Assembly: GCA_963807765.1 (NCBI GenBank)
Contig: CAWECV010000002.1
Span: forward strand, 777,436-841,435
Direction of reading: 5' to 3'
Source: an uncultured Acidobacteriota bacterium
GTDB lineage: Bacteria > Acidobacteriota > Terriglobia > Acidiferrales > UBA7541
Length of the DNA stretch: 64,000 nucleotides
Below are positions 9,580 through 19,045 of the stretch, piece after piece. The notes beneath the pieces are model-generated. The model searched no databases. It was not told the DNA's origin and saw nothing but the letters and a program-made list of their open reading frames with translations. Position numbers and translations under genes: made by a program. Positions within the stretch are counted from its first letter, which is position 1; each line of letters begins with the position of its first letter.

Positions 9580-10080
9580 ATGCCGGCAACGGATGCAGGA
9601 AGCAGCCTCGATGCGGTCGTTCGCGAATACGGACGCCCAGATTGCCACATTGGAGCCGGCGAGGACGAATCGCCTTACGTTCCCTTCGTCGAAAATGTTT
9701 ACATCCGTCACTTGGCCTTCGACGTGCGCAGCAATTCGTTCGCGAATATTCTTTGGGTGAAGAAGAATGGAGTGCTCGGCCGCCATCGGCACCGCGGCCC
9801 CGTTTGGGCCTGCACGCTCGAAGGAAGCTGGCGCTATCTCGAATACGATTGGGTTGCGCGGCCCGGCAGCTACGTGCATGAAAGCCCGGGCGTCATCCAC
9901 ACGCTCGTTTCCGACGATCCGAACGGCATGAAAACGTTTTTCTGGCTCAACGGATCGCTGGAATTCTATGACGATAAGGATAATCTGCTTCAGACCCTCG
10001 ATGTTTTTTGGTTCATCGATCACTATCTCAGTTACTGCAGCGCGCACGGACTGAAAGTGAACGAGAAAATGTTTGTGTGA
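9580..10080 (+). CDS. cupin protein of the 2,4'-dihydroxyacetophenone dioxygenase (DAD) family
   Basis: 166 aa with RHRHRGPVWACTLEGSWRYLEYDWVARPGSYVHESPGVIHTL. This is the His-rich cupin core that characterises proteins annotated as the DAD family (from memory). Confidence 0.65.
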   Translation: MPATDAGSSLDAVVREYGRPDCHIGAGEDESPYVPFVENVYIRHLAFDVRSNSFANILWVKKNGVLGRHRHRGPVWACTLEGSWRYLEYDWVARPGSYVHESPGVIHTLVSDDPNGMKTFFWLNGSLEFYDDKDNLLQTLDVFWFIDHYLSYCSAHGLKVNEKMFV

Positions 10081-10123
10081 CGCTCGCGCGAGCGGGTCGG
10101 CAATCGCACGTCCGCGCTTAAAC

Positions 10124-12607
10124 ATGATTTTGCGCCTACGGCCGGGCAGCCGTCGCCGAGATTCTCTACAGATTCGCCTCCCCTATCCACTCGCACTCGC
10201 GGTTTCGATCTGTCTCTGGACGGCGCTCAGCTGCGTTCCCGCGTTCGCCCAGACATGGCAGCACATCGGCGATGCCCAGCGGGTCGAAAGACTTCGCGAC
10301 GGCGTCGAGTTGGTTGCGGGTCAGGCGCGCGTTCGGGTTACCGCATTTCGCGACGGCGTGGTGCGTGTGCGCTTGGCGCCGAATGGAGCTTTTTCGAGAG
10401 ATTTTTCCTGGGCGGTCATTGAATCCGCCGCGCCGCCCGCGATAAAGATCGACGATTCAAAAGACGAAGTCCGAATCGTCACTCGCCGCATTACCGTTCG
10501 CATCAAAAAATCCCCCATTCTGATCGAATTTGACGATCCATCCGGCCATTCCGTTCTCGCCGACGAGCCTTCCCTTCCGATGGCGTGGGATGGCTCGCGA
10601 ATTCACGTCTGGAAGCGAATGCCTGCGGACGAAGGCTATTACGGTCTCGGCGATAAAGGCGGGCCGCTCAATCGCCGGAATCACGCCTACACCATGTGGA
10701 ACACAGACGCGTACGGCTGGATGGAATTCACCGATCCTCTCTACAAATCGATTCCGTTCTGGATCGGATTGAGGAACGGAGCCGCCTACGGCGTTTTTTT
10801 CGATAACACCTACCGCAGTGATTTCGATTTCGGAAAGGAATCGAACGATTACTATTCCTTCGGCGCCGAGGGCGGAGAGCTAAATTATTACTTTTTTGCT
10901 GGCCCCGCGCCGAAAACAGTCCTGGAAGCATATACCGCGCTGATCGGCCGCACGCCGTTGCCGCCGCTCTGGTCGCTCGGCTATCAACAAAGCCGCTACA
11001 GCTACTATCCCGAGGCTCGCGTTCGCGAAATCGCGCGATTGCTGCGCGAGAAACACATTCCAGCGGACACGATCTATCTCGACATCGACTACCAGGATAA
11101 ATATAAAGTCTTCACCGTCGACCGCGAGCGCTTCCCCACCTTCGAGCAAATGATTCACGATCTTCGCGCCGACGGCTTTCACACTATTTTGATCACCGAC
11201 CTTCACATCAAAATGGAGCCCGGCTACGCGCCCTACGATTCCGGCACGCAGGCCGATGTTTTCGTCAAGAATCCGGATGCCACGCCCTTCCTTGGCGTCG
11301 TCTGGCCGGGCCCGTGCGTGTTTCCGGATTTCACGTTGACGCGCGTCCGCGACTGGTGGGGCAATCTCTACCAGCAGTTTGTGAAAATGGGCGCAGCCGG
11401 ATTTTGGAATGACATGAACGAACCCTCCATCTTCGACCGGCCCGAAAAAACCATGCCGCTCGATACCGTTCATCGCCTGGACGACGGCACCACGCTCGAT
11501 CATCGCGCGATCCACAACGTCTACGGCATGGAAAATGTTCGCGCGACCTTCGACGGCATTCGCAAACTTCAGCCCGGCGAACGCCCCTTCGTCCTCACGC
11601 GCGCCGCGTTCGCGGGAGCGAATCGCTACGCCGCGACCTGGACCGGCGACAACAGCAGCACCTGGGATCATCTTCGCGTCAGCGTCCCGATGCTCATGAG
11701 CCTCGGTATTTCGGGTTATCCGCTGGCTGGCGACGATATTGGCGGATACGCCGGCTCGCCCAGCGCCGATCTCATGACGCGCTGGTTCGAAGTCGGCGCT
11801 CTGAATCCGATCTATCGCGATCACACGGCCAAGGACACTCCCGACAAGGAACCCTGGGTGCAGGGCCCGGAGCACGAAGCGATTCGCCGGCGGTATATCG
11901 AGCTTCGCTACCGGTTGCTGCCCTACATTTACACGGCGGTTGAAGAAATGAACCGCACGGGCCTGCCGCTCATGCGCCCCATCTTTCTCGAGTATCCGCA
12001 AGCGGAGGACTTGCGCGATGAAAGTTATGAATTTCTTTTTGGCCGCGACTTGCTTGTCGCGCCCATCTTGACTGAGGCGCCGCAAGAGCAAGATGTGCGC
12101 TTGCCTCCCGGCGACTGGTACGACTACTGGAGCGGCGCCAAACACGACTCAAGCGAGAAAATTTCCACCCGGCCTCAAATCGACGAGATGCCTCTCTTTG
12201 TTCGCGCCGGAGCGATTCTGCCTGAACAGCCGCTCGTCCAGAACACGAATGAAACGCCTGCCGGCTCGCTCGAATTGCGCGTTTATTCCGGCTCGGATTG
12301 CAACGGCGCGTTGTATCTCGATGACGGCCACACTTATGCCTATGAAAATGGCGGCTTCGCGCGCATCAGCTACTCGTGCAAGAGCTTCCCCAATTCGCTC
12401 ACGATCACCAGCGGGCCGCGCCGTGGAGGCTATCAACCCTGGTGGACCAACATCGAGCTGAACATTTTCGGGGTGCTGCAACGTCCAAAGGAAGTCCGCG
12501 CGGGCGACCGGCTGCTGAACAATTGGGACTTCAACCCTCAAAATCACACGCTTACGTTTTCCTTGCCGGATTCTCGTTCAGGTTGGATTGTGCGGGTGAT
12601 TTACTAA
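10124..12607 (+). CDS. glycoside hydrolase family 31 (alpha-glucosidase/alpha-xylosidase), secreted
   Basis: Has the GFWNDMNEPS nucleophile motif and general GH31 architecture. An N-terminal signal peptide ends ..CVPAFAQ. The ATG at 10124 is preferred over the upstream ORF start at 10073, which overlaps the previous gene. Confidence 0.9.
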   Translation: MILRLRPGSRRRDSLQIRLPYPLALAVSICLWTALSCVPAFAQTWQHIGDAQRVERLRDGVELVAGQARVRVTAFRDGVVRVRLAPNGAFSRDFSWAVIESAAPPAIKIDDSKDEVRIVTRRITVRIKKSPILIEFDDPSGHSVLADEPSLPMAWDGSRIHVWKRMPADEGYYGLGDKGGPLNRRNHAYTMWNTDAYGWMEFTDPLYKSIPFWIGLRNGAAYGVFFDNTYRSDFDFGKESNDYYSFGAEGGELNYYFFAGPAPKTVLEAYTALIGRTPLPPLWSLGYQQSRYSYYPEARVREIARLLREKHIPADTIYLDIDYQDKYKVFTVDRERFPTFEQMIHDLRADGFHTILITDLHIKMEPGYAPYDSGTQADVFVKNPDATPFLGVVWPGPCVFPDFTLTRVRDWWGNLYQQFVKMGAAGFWNDMNEPSIFDRPEKTMPLDTVHRLDDGTTLDHRAIHNVYGMENVRATFDGIRKLQPGERPFVLTRAAFAGANRYAATWTGDNSSTWDHLRVSVPMLMSLGISGYPLAGDDIGGYAGSPSADLMTRWFEVGALNPIYRDHTAKDTPDKEPWVQGPEHEAIRRRYIELRYRLLPYIYTAVEEMNRTGLPLMRPIFLEYPQAEDLRDESYEFLFGRDLLVAPILTEAPQEQDVRLPPGDWYDYWSGAKHDSSEKISTRPQIDEMPLFVRAGAILPEQPLVQNTNETPAGSLELRVYSGSDCNGALYLDDGHTYAYENGGFARISYSCKSFPNSLTITSGPRRGGYQPWWTNIELNIFGVLQRPKEVRAGDRLLNNWDFNPQNHTLTFSLPDSRSGWIVRVIY

Positions 12608-12653
12608 AGCTCGCCGCGCGAGCGTACATCTGTTTTCGCCCACAGCTCGGAGC

Positions 12654-12683
12654 TTGCTGGCGCAAGAGACCGCTTGCTACAAT
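12654..12683 (+). promoter_or_regulatory. candidate sigma70-type promoter (TTGCTG-18 nt-TACAAT) upstream of gcdH
   Basis: Hexamers read directly at 12654-12659 and 12678-12683, about 60 nt upstream of the ATG at 12744. Confidence 0.3.
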
Positions 12684-12743
12684 TCACGTTTCGGCGGCGC
12701 CTTTCGAGCGTGCCGAGTGTGCCCATCCTCAAAGGAGCTTTTG

Positions 12744-13916
12744 ATGCCTGCATTTTCCGGAGTCGATTACCTCGACTTCGATTCCCTGCTCAGCGACGAG
12801 GAAAAGCTCGCGCGCCAGACTGCTCGCCAGTTCGTCGACGATCAAATTATCCCCATCATTGAAGAGTGCAACCGCGAGGGCAAATTCCCGGCGCAGCTTG
12901 TTCCGCAACTCGGCGAACTGGGATTTTTCGGCGCGAACTTAAAGGGATACGGCTGCGCGGGCATGTCGAACGTCGAATATGGGCTCGTGACGCAGGAACT
13001 CGAGCGCGGCGATTCGGGCTTGCGCAGCTTCGTCTCGGTCCAGTCGGCCCTTGTGATGTATCCCATCCATTCCTATGGCTCCGAGGCGCAAAAGGACAAA
13101 TGGCTGCCGCTGCTCCAGCAAGGCAAGGCCATCGGCTGCTTTGGGCTCACCGAGCCGCAGTTCGGCTCGAATCCCGGCGGCATGCTGGCGCGTGCTGTGC
13201 GCAAGGGCAATTCCTACGTCCTCAACGGCGAAAAAATGTGGATCACCAGCGGTTCGATTGCCGATGTCGCCGTCATTTGGGCCAAGTGCGAGGATGACAA
13301 GATCCGCGGGTTCCTCGTCGAGAAGGGCACGCCCGGCTTCAAAGCTTGGGATGTTCATGGCAAGTGGTCGTTGCGCGCTTCCGTCACTTCCGGGCTCGCC
13401 ATGACCGACTGCAAAATTCCCGCCGATAATCTCCTTCCCGGCGTCGAAGGTTTGCGCGGGCCGCTCTCGTGTCTCAATCAAGCGCGCTACGGCATCGGCT
13501 GGGGCGCCATCGGCGCTGCGATGGCCTGCTACGACACGGCTCTGCGCTACGCCAAAGAACGCAAGCAGTTCGACAATAAGCCCATCGCCTCGCACCAACT
13601 CGTCCAGGAAAAGCTGGTCTGGATGATCACCGAAATCACCAAGGCGCAATTCCTTGCGCTCCAGGTCGGCCGCCTCAAGGACAAGGGCAAGGCGCATCCC
13701 GCGCACATTTCCATGCTGAAGATGAACAACGTCCGGATCGCGCTTGAAACCGCTCGCCAGGCCCGCTCGGTTCTCGGCGCGAACGGCATCGTGGACGACT
13801 ACCCGATCATGCGCCATATGAATAATCTGGAATCCGTCATCACCTACGAAGGCACCGACGACATTCACAAATTAATCATCGGGGAGCGCATTACGGGAAT
13901 TCCCGCGTTCGATTGA
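12744..13916 (+). CDS. gcdH: glutaryl-CoA dehydrogenase
   Basis: Acyl-CoA dehydrogenase with GCDH-typical blocks (GYGCAGMSNVEYGL, ERGDSGLRSFVSVQSALVM, CFGLTEPQFGSNPGGM). The ATG at 12744 is preceded by AAAGGAG. Confidence 0.85.
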   Translation: MPAFSGVDYLDFDSLLSDEEKLARQTARQFVDDQIIPIIEECNREGKFPAQLVPQLGELGFFGANLKGYGCAGMSNVEYGLVTQELERGDSGLRSFVSVQSALVMYPIHSYGSEAQKDKWLPLLQQGKAIGCFGLTEPQFGSNPGGMLARAVRKGNSYVLNGEKMWITSGSIADVAVIWAKCEDDKIRGFLVEKGTPGFKAWDVHGKWSLRASVTSGLAMTDCKIPADNLLPGVEGLRGPLSCLNQARYGIGWGAIGAAMACYDTALRYAKERKQFDNKPIASHQLVQEKLVWMITEITKAQFLALQVGRLKDKGKAHPAHISMLKMNNVRIALETARQARSVLGANGIVDDYPIMRHMNNLESVITYEGTDDIHKLIIGERITGIPAFD

Positions 13917-13927
13917 GGATCCGCGCG

Positions 13928-15271
13928 ATGGCCCTTTCCTCGCGCCGCACTCTGCTTCTTGCCGCACTCGCGGCCTTCGCCGGTGCCGCGCTCTCGGCGA
14001 CGCCGCCGCAGGACGCAAAAGCCCCGCCGCAGCAGACCGCTCCTCAGAAATCCGCTCCGTCATCCAAGCCGGCTGAGGCGGCTTCGGAGGCGCCTGCAGC
14101 CCGAACGTATTCGAAACCAAAAATTCGTACCATCACCGCATTCATTCGTCTCGATCCCTCGCTCTATCCGCAGCAATTCGCCGATACCTTGGATTTCCTC
14201 CACAAAGCCAAGGCCGCCTTCGAACATTCCGGCTACGAGGTCCAAACTCTTCGCATCGCCACGCAGCCGTTCCCGGAATACACCCGCGATCTCTCGCCCG
14301 TCGAGGTATTCAAATTCCTTCGAACTCTCGACCATCTCGCCGAGGCGCAGGATTTTCTTCTTGCCGTCGGTCCCGCAATGCAAAAGCCCGGCGATGATCC
14401 TCACTGGGCCGAACTTCTCGCCAACGCCCTTGCGCCCGCTACACATATGAACGGAAGTGTCGTGATTGCCGCCGACGATGGAATTCACTGGGAAGCCGTT
14501 CAAGCTTCCGCCCGCGTCATGGAATTTCTTTCGATCCACTCGCCGAAAAGCATCGCAAATTCCAATTTCGCGGCAACCGCGATGGTCCCGCCGGGCACTC
14601 CGTTCTTCCCCGCCGCTTACGCTTCCGGCGTCGGCCATGAGTTCGCGATCGGCCTGCAATCCGCAGACGTCATCGCCGAAGCGCTTGCAACCACTCACGA
14701 TCCCTCGGTCGCCGTGCAAGCCATCATCGATAAGCTAGGCGTCCATGCGAAAAATATTGAGGAAACCAGCCACGAAGTCGCGCAGCAAACTGGCTGGCAA
14801 TACTCGGGAATTGACCTCTCTCCCGCGCCGCTCAAGCGCGAATCGATCGGCGCAGCCATCGAGTCCTTTAATGGCGCATGGCTCGGCTCGAGCGGTACGC
14901 TTTCCACCGCCGAGATGATCACCCACGCCATTCAATCCATTCCCGTCACCCGTACCGGTTATTCCGGCCTGATGTTGCCCGTGATGGAGGATTCCGTGAT
15001 CGCCCGGCGCTGGAGCGAAGGCTCTCTCACTCTCGATAGCCTTCTCTCTTACTCCGCCGTCTGCGGCACCGGCCTCGACGTCGTTCCTCTTCCCGGCCGC
15101 GTCAGCCATGAACAGCTCGTCCGCATCATCGGCGATGTCGCGAGTCTCGCCGTGAAATGGCACAAGCCTCTCTCGGCCCGGCTCTTGCCCATCGCTGGAA
15201 AAGATGCGGGCGATCGCACGGAGTACGACGATCCTAAACTCGTAAATGTAATGATCCGGCCGCTCCCGTGA
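13928..15271 (+). CDS. DUF711 (UPF0210)-family protein with N-terminal twin-arginine-type signal peptide and Pro/Gln/Ala-rich linker
   Basis: The core starts [12 protein letters not shown].. and runs ~380 aa, like UPF0210 proteins. The N-terminus [24 protein letters not shown] is followed by a low-complexity PPQ/APQ stretch. Confidence 0.7.
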   Translation: MALSSRRTLLLAALAAFAGAALSATPPQDAKAPPQQTAPQKSAPSSKPAEAASEAPAARTYSKPKIRTITAFIRLDPSLYPQQFADTLDFLHKAKAAFEHSGYEVQTLRIATQPFPEYTRDLSPVEVFKFLRTLDHLAEAQDFLLAVGPAMQKPGDDPHWAELLANALAPATHMNGSVVIAADDGIHWEAVQASARVMEFLSIHSPKSIANSNFAATAMVPPGTPFFPAAYASGVGHEFAIGLQSADVIAEALATTHDPSVAVQAIIDKLGVHAKNIEETSHEVAQQTGWQYSGIDLSPAPLKRESIGAAIESFNGAWLGSSGTLSTAEMITHAIQSIPVTRTGYSGLMLPVMEDSVIARRWSEGSLTLDSLLSYSAVCGTGLDVVPLPGRVSHEQLVRIIGDVASLAVKWHKPLSARLLPIAGKDAGDRTEYDDPKLVNVMIRPLP

Positions 15272-15356
15272 TCCGCCACGCGCATTTGCAGCTACCATCG
15301 CTCTCGAAATTCATTATGATACCGTCCTCGAATCACAGCCCACGCCAGGAGTCGCC

Positions 15357-16343
<987 letters not shown>

Positions 16344-16416
16344 ACCGCGGCTGCGAATGAAACATTTCGGGCAGCGAGCGCGTATATCTATCTAGAGAAC
16401 GGCGTAGAGGTGTCCG

Positions 16417-17010
16417 ATGTCAGCAGCACCAGCACCGCCAGGACCGCCAGCTGCACCGCCGCGGCCCCAGCCCAACACCGCCATTTTTTGGATTCTTGGG
16501 ATTATCGCCGGGGGAATCCTCGTTCTTGTCCTCGGCGCGCTGTCCCTGGCCGCATTCATCATTCACCGCATCCATGTCACCCAGAACGCCGAACACGTCG
16601 AAATTGAAACGCCCGTTGGCGGCATCAAGGTCGGCCAGGATCAGCCCGGTTCCACCGGGTTGCCGGTTTATCCGGGCGCGACGATTCGCAAATCCGATGG
16701 CGCGAGTTTTGAAATCACGGCGAATGACACCCACGCGGGTCTCGTCATCGTCAAGTATCACTCCCCGGATTCACGCGATGTCGTAAGGGACTGGTATGCC
16801 AAGCGCCTTGGCCCATCTTTCAAAATTAAGTCAGGGAACTACGACTCCGATAAGGACATTCCTGGCTTCCCGGACGTGGACTTGAAAACGGGAGATGTCG
16901 CGTTTGAGAGCAAGAACAGCGGGCACAACACGAGGGTCGTCGCCATCGAGGAAATGGACGGCGGTTCGGATATCGTCCTCATCCGTGTTGGAAAGTCTGA
17001 GCCGCAATAA
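16417..17010 (+). CDS. hypothetical single-pass membrane protein
   Basis: Pro-rich N-terminus, one clear TM helix (IFWILGIIAGGILVLVLGALSLAAFII) and a soluble C-terminal domain. An AGAGG lies 8 nt upstream of the ATG. No family recognised. Confidence 0.6.
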   Translation: MSAAPAPPGPPAAPPRPQPNTAIFWILGIIAGGILVLVLGALSLAAFIIHRIHVTQNAEHVEIETPVGGIKVGQDQPGSTGLPVYPGATIRKSDGASFEITANDTHAGLVIVKYHSPDSRDVVRDWYAKRLGPSFKIKSGNYDSDKDIPGFPDVDLKTGDVAFESKNSGHNTRVVAIEEMDGGSDIVLIRVGKSEPQ

Positions 17011-17258
17011 GAGTATTGGTGAACTGTCTCGGAGTGGAAACTTGAGGTGGGTCCTGGCCGCGGCAGCGGCTTCGGTAAAGCCACCGGTAGCGTCAGCCAG
17101 TCAGCCTTAGCCCAACAACCCGTCCACACGCACGCCTGCGCCAATCAGCAGCAACCAGCCCACCGCAAGCGCCCGGTCGCCCATCGCATCCCACTCGGAC
17201 CGCCCGGGAGCCCTAATCGGCTCTCCGGGCCCTTTGGAGGAATTCTCCGAGCGTCCTC

Positions 17259-17921
17259 TTATCGGTGAACTGCTGTTGTTGGATGTCCGGTATGTCGCCG
17301 CTGGAATTGCGACATCCGGTCGGTCTGCTGCGTCGTCGGCGGCCGGAGCGGGGCCGTCGTTACGTTGGATGTGCTCACGTGCTCGCTGATCGCCTGCAGT
17401 CTCTTCAGAATCGACTGCCACTGCGCCCAATCGAGTTGCCGCAAATATGGCCGCAAGCCCTGAATGAACGGATCCTCAAGTACGGTTTCCCCGTTCGATT
17501 CCGGCACGAAGAAGCGGTTTAGTCCTACCCCCAATGCCTCCGCTATCTTCTCGAGCGTGCCCAAGCTCGGCGTCATCTGCCCGCTCTCAATCCGTGAGAG
17601 ATACGAGCGTGAGACGCGCGAACGAGCCTGTAGCTGGCTCTGCGTCATCCCGCGCGATTCCCGCAACTGCCGGATCCGCTGGCCAATGTTTTCCACGGTC
17701 TCCCGGTTTGGCCAATTTTCGAAGAGCTGGCGGTCGTCACCCGGCAAATCCTGCGGCGAAGGCGTCGGAATCACAAACGTCACCTTCGGCGGCAGAAGTC
17801 GCAGGCAACGGCGGCAATTGCCCGTTCGCGTGCGGTACTGCACCAATCCGCATACCTGGCAGCGGATCACTTCACGATCCATATCTACTGAACTGGAAGC
17901 ATTGACATTCTTATCGGACAA
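17259..17921 (-). CDS. XRE-family helix-turn-helix transcriptional regulator with N-terminal zinc-ribbon
   Basis: N-terminal CQVCG..13..CRRC, then the XRE HTH (IGQRIRQLRESRGMTQSQLQARSRVSRSYLSRIESGQ). Confidence 0.8.
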   Translation of the reverse strand: MSDKNVNASSSVDMDREVIRCQVCGLVQYRTRTGNCRRCLRLLPPKVTFVIPTPSPQDLPGDDRQLFENWPNRETVENIGQRIRQLRESRGMTQSQLQARSRVSRSYLSRIESGQMTPSLGTLEKIAEALGVGLNRFFVPESNGETVLEDPFIQGLRPYLRQLDWAQWQSILKRLQAISEHVSTSNVTTAPLRPPTTQQTDRMSQFQRRHTGHPTTAVHR

Positions 17922-18015
17922 CGATCTCCTCGCAGACTATTCAGACGCTGCGGAAGGGAGGGACTGCACTGAGAGGAAGGCAGAGAACTGGCGCGGACGA
18001 GACTTTCCCATAATG

Positions 18016-18030
18016 TGACACTTTGTGTCA
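18016..18030. promoter_or_regulatory. perfect palindrome TGACAC-TTT-GTGTCA, candidate operator in the XRE / HD-gene divergent intergenic region
   Basis: Read directly. It lies 95 nt upstream of the XRE regulator start. Confidence 0.3.
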
Positions 18031-18425
18031 AGTTTTTTCTTCTCGCGACAAAAGTCGCCTGCACAGCCAATCCTTGTCGTCGTAAATGCTGCTGACGAAG
18101 TCCTATCCGTCTTAGCCTTGTGGAAAATTCCTTAGCCGTATTCTTCTTCGTGGCGCCGACATCCTTGCCCGCGTCCTCACGTCGCATTTGCTTTCGGCCG
18201 CCCACTCATCGCTGTCATTTGCGCCGTTTGCATCCCGATTCATCGGGACTGAGCGGAGCGTCCCGGCGCCTTTCTTCCTTTGTGATTGCGTCTGTCAATC
18301 TCCGGACGGGAAGCGCAGTCGAAGAATCTGCTTTCTCCGTTGCCGCGGCCGCTGCCGTTGCCCTTCGTCGTTTGCCGCCCCCATGCCTGTTTTGCTAAAT
18401 TCATTCCTCGCCACTCGGAGGCCCG

Positions 18426-18995
18426 ATGCCTACTCGCGACGATGCCTGGAAGCTGCTCTGTGAATACACCGCCAGCGAAAGCCTTCGTAAGCACGCGCTC
18501 GCCGTCGAAGCCTGCGTCCGCGCCTACGCCCGCAAGAATGGTGCCGACGAAGAGCTCTGGGGTAATGCTGCCCTGCTTCACGATTTCGACTACGAGCGCT
18601 GGCCAAATCTCGAGCATCATCCCACCGCGGGCCATCCCTACAAAGGCTCGGGAATCCTGCGCCAGGCCGGATATCCCGAGGAAATGATCCGCGCGATCCT
18701 CAGTCATGCCGATTACTCCGGCGTCGCGCGCTCCTCGGCGCTCGAACACACTCTCTTCGCCTGCGACGAACTCTCCGGCTTCCTCACCGCCTGCGCTCTC
18801 GTCAAGCCTTCCAAGAAAATCGCCGACGTCGAGACCGCCTCGGTGAAGAAAAAGCTGAAAGACAAGGCCTTCGCGCGCGGCGTCAATCGCGATGACGTCG
18901 TCAATGGCGCCGCGGAACTCGGCATCCCGCTCGACGACCATATTGCCTTCTGCATCGAGGCCATGCGCGCCGCCGCCGATTCCCTCGGCTTGTAG
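18426..18995 (+). CDS. HD-domain metal-dependent phosphohydrolase
   Basis: 189 aa with the H...HD...D pattern (LRKHALAVE.., AALLHDFDY, ILSHADY). Confidence 0.8.
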   Translation: MPTRDDAWKLLCEYTASESLRKHALAVEACVRAYARKNGADEELWGNAALLHDFDYERWPNLEHHPTAGHPYKGSGILRQAGYPEEMIRAILSHADYSGVARSSALEHTLFACDELSGFLTACALVKPSKKIADVETASVKKKLKDKAFARGVNRDDVVNGAAELGIPLDDHIAFCIEAMRAAADSLGL

Positions 18996-19045
18996 TGCCG
19001 GGCATCTATATCAACGATCTTGCTTTTCGGCTTGGGTCTGCCGGA

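Noticed and set aside
6231-12145. Long minus-strand ORFs 6231..7466 and 10880..12145. Similar cases are 49666..50886, 52097..53233, 25644..26621 and 18240..18941.
   Set aside because: All are antisense to well-supported genes (CoA ligase, GH31, CBS, MTHFR fusion, sensor kinase, HD protein) and lack any recognisable motif.
17107-17184. 25-aa hydrophobic mini-ORF (MGDRALAVGWLLLIGAGVRVDGLLG) in the convergent gap after the XRE gene.
   Set aside because: There is no ribosome-binding site or supporting context, so it cannot be distinguished from chance.
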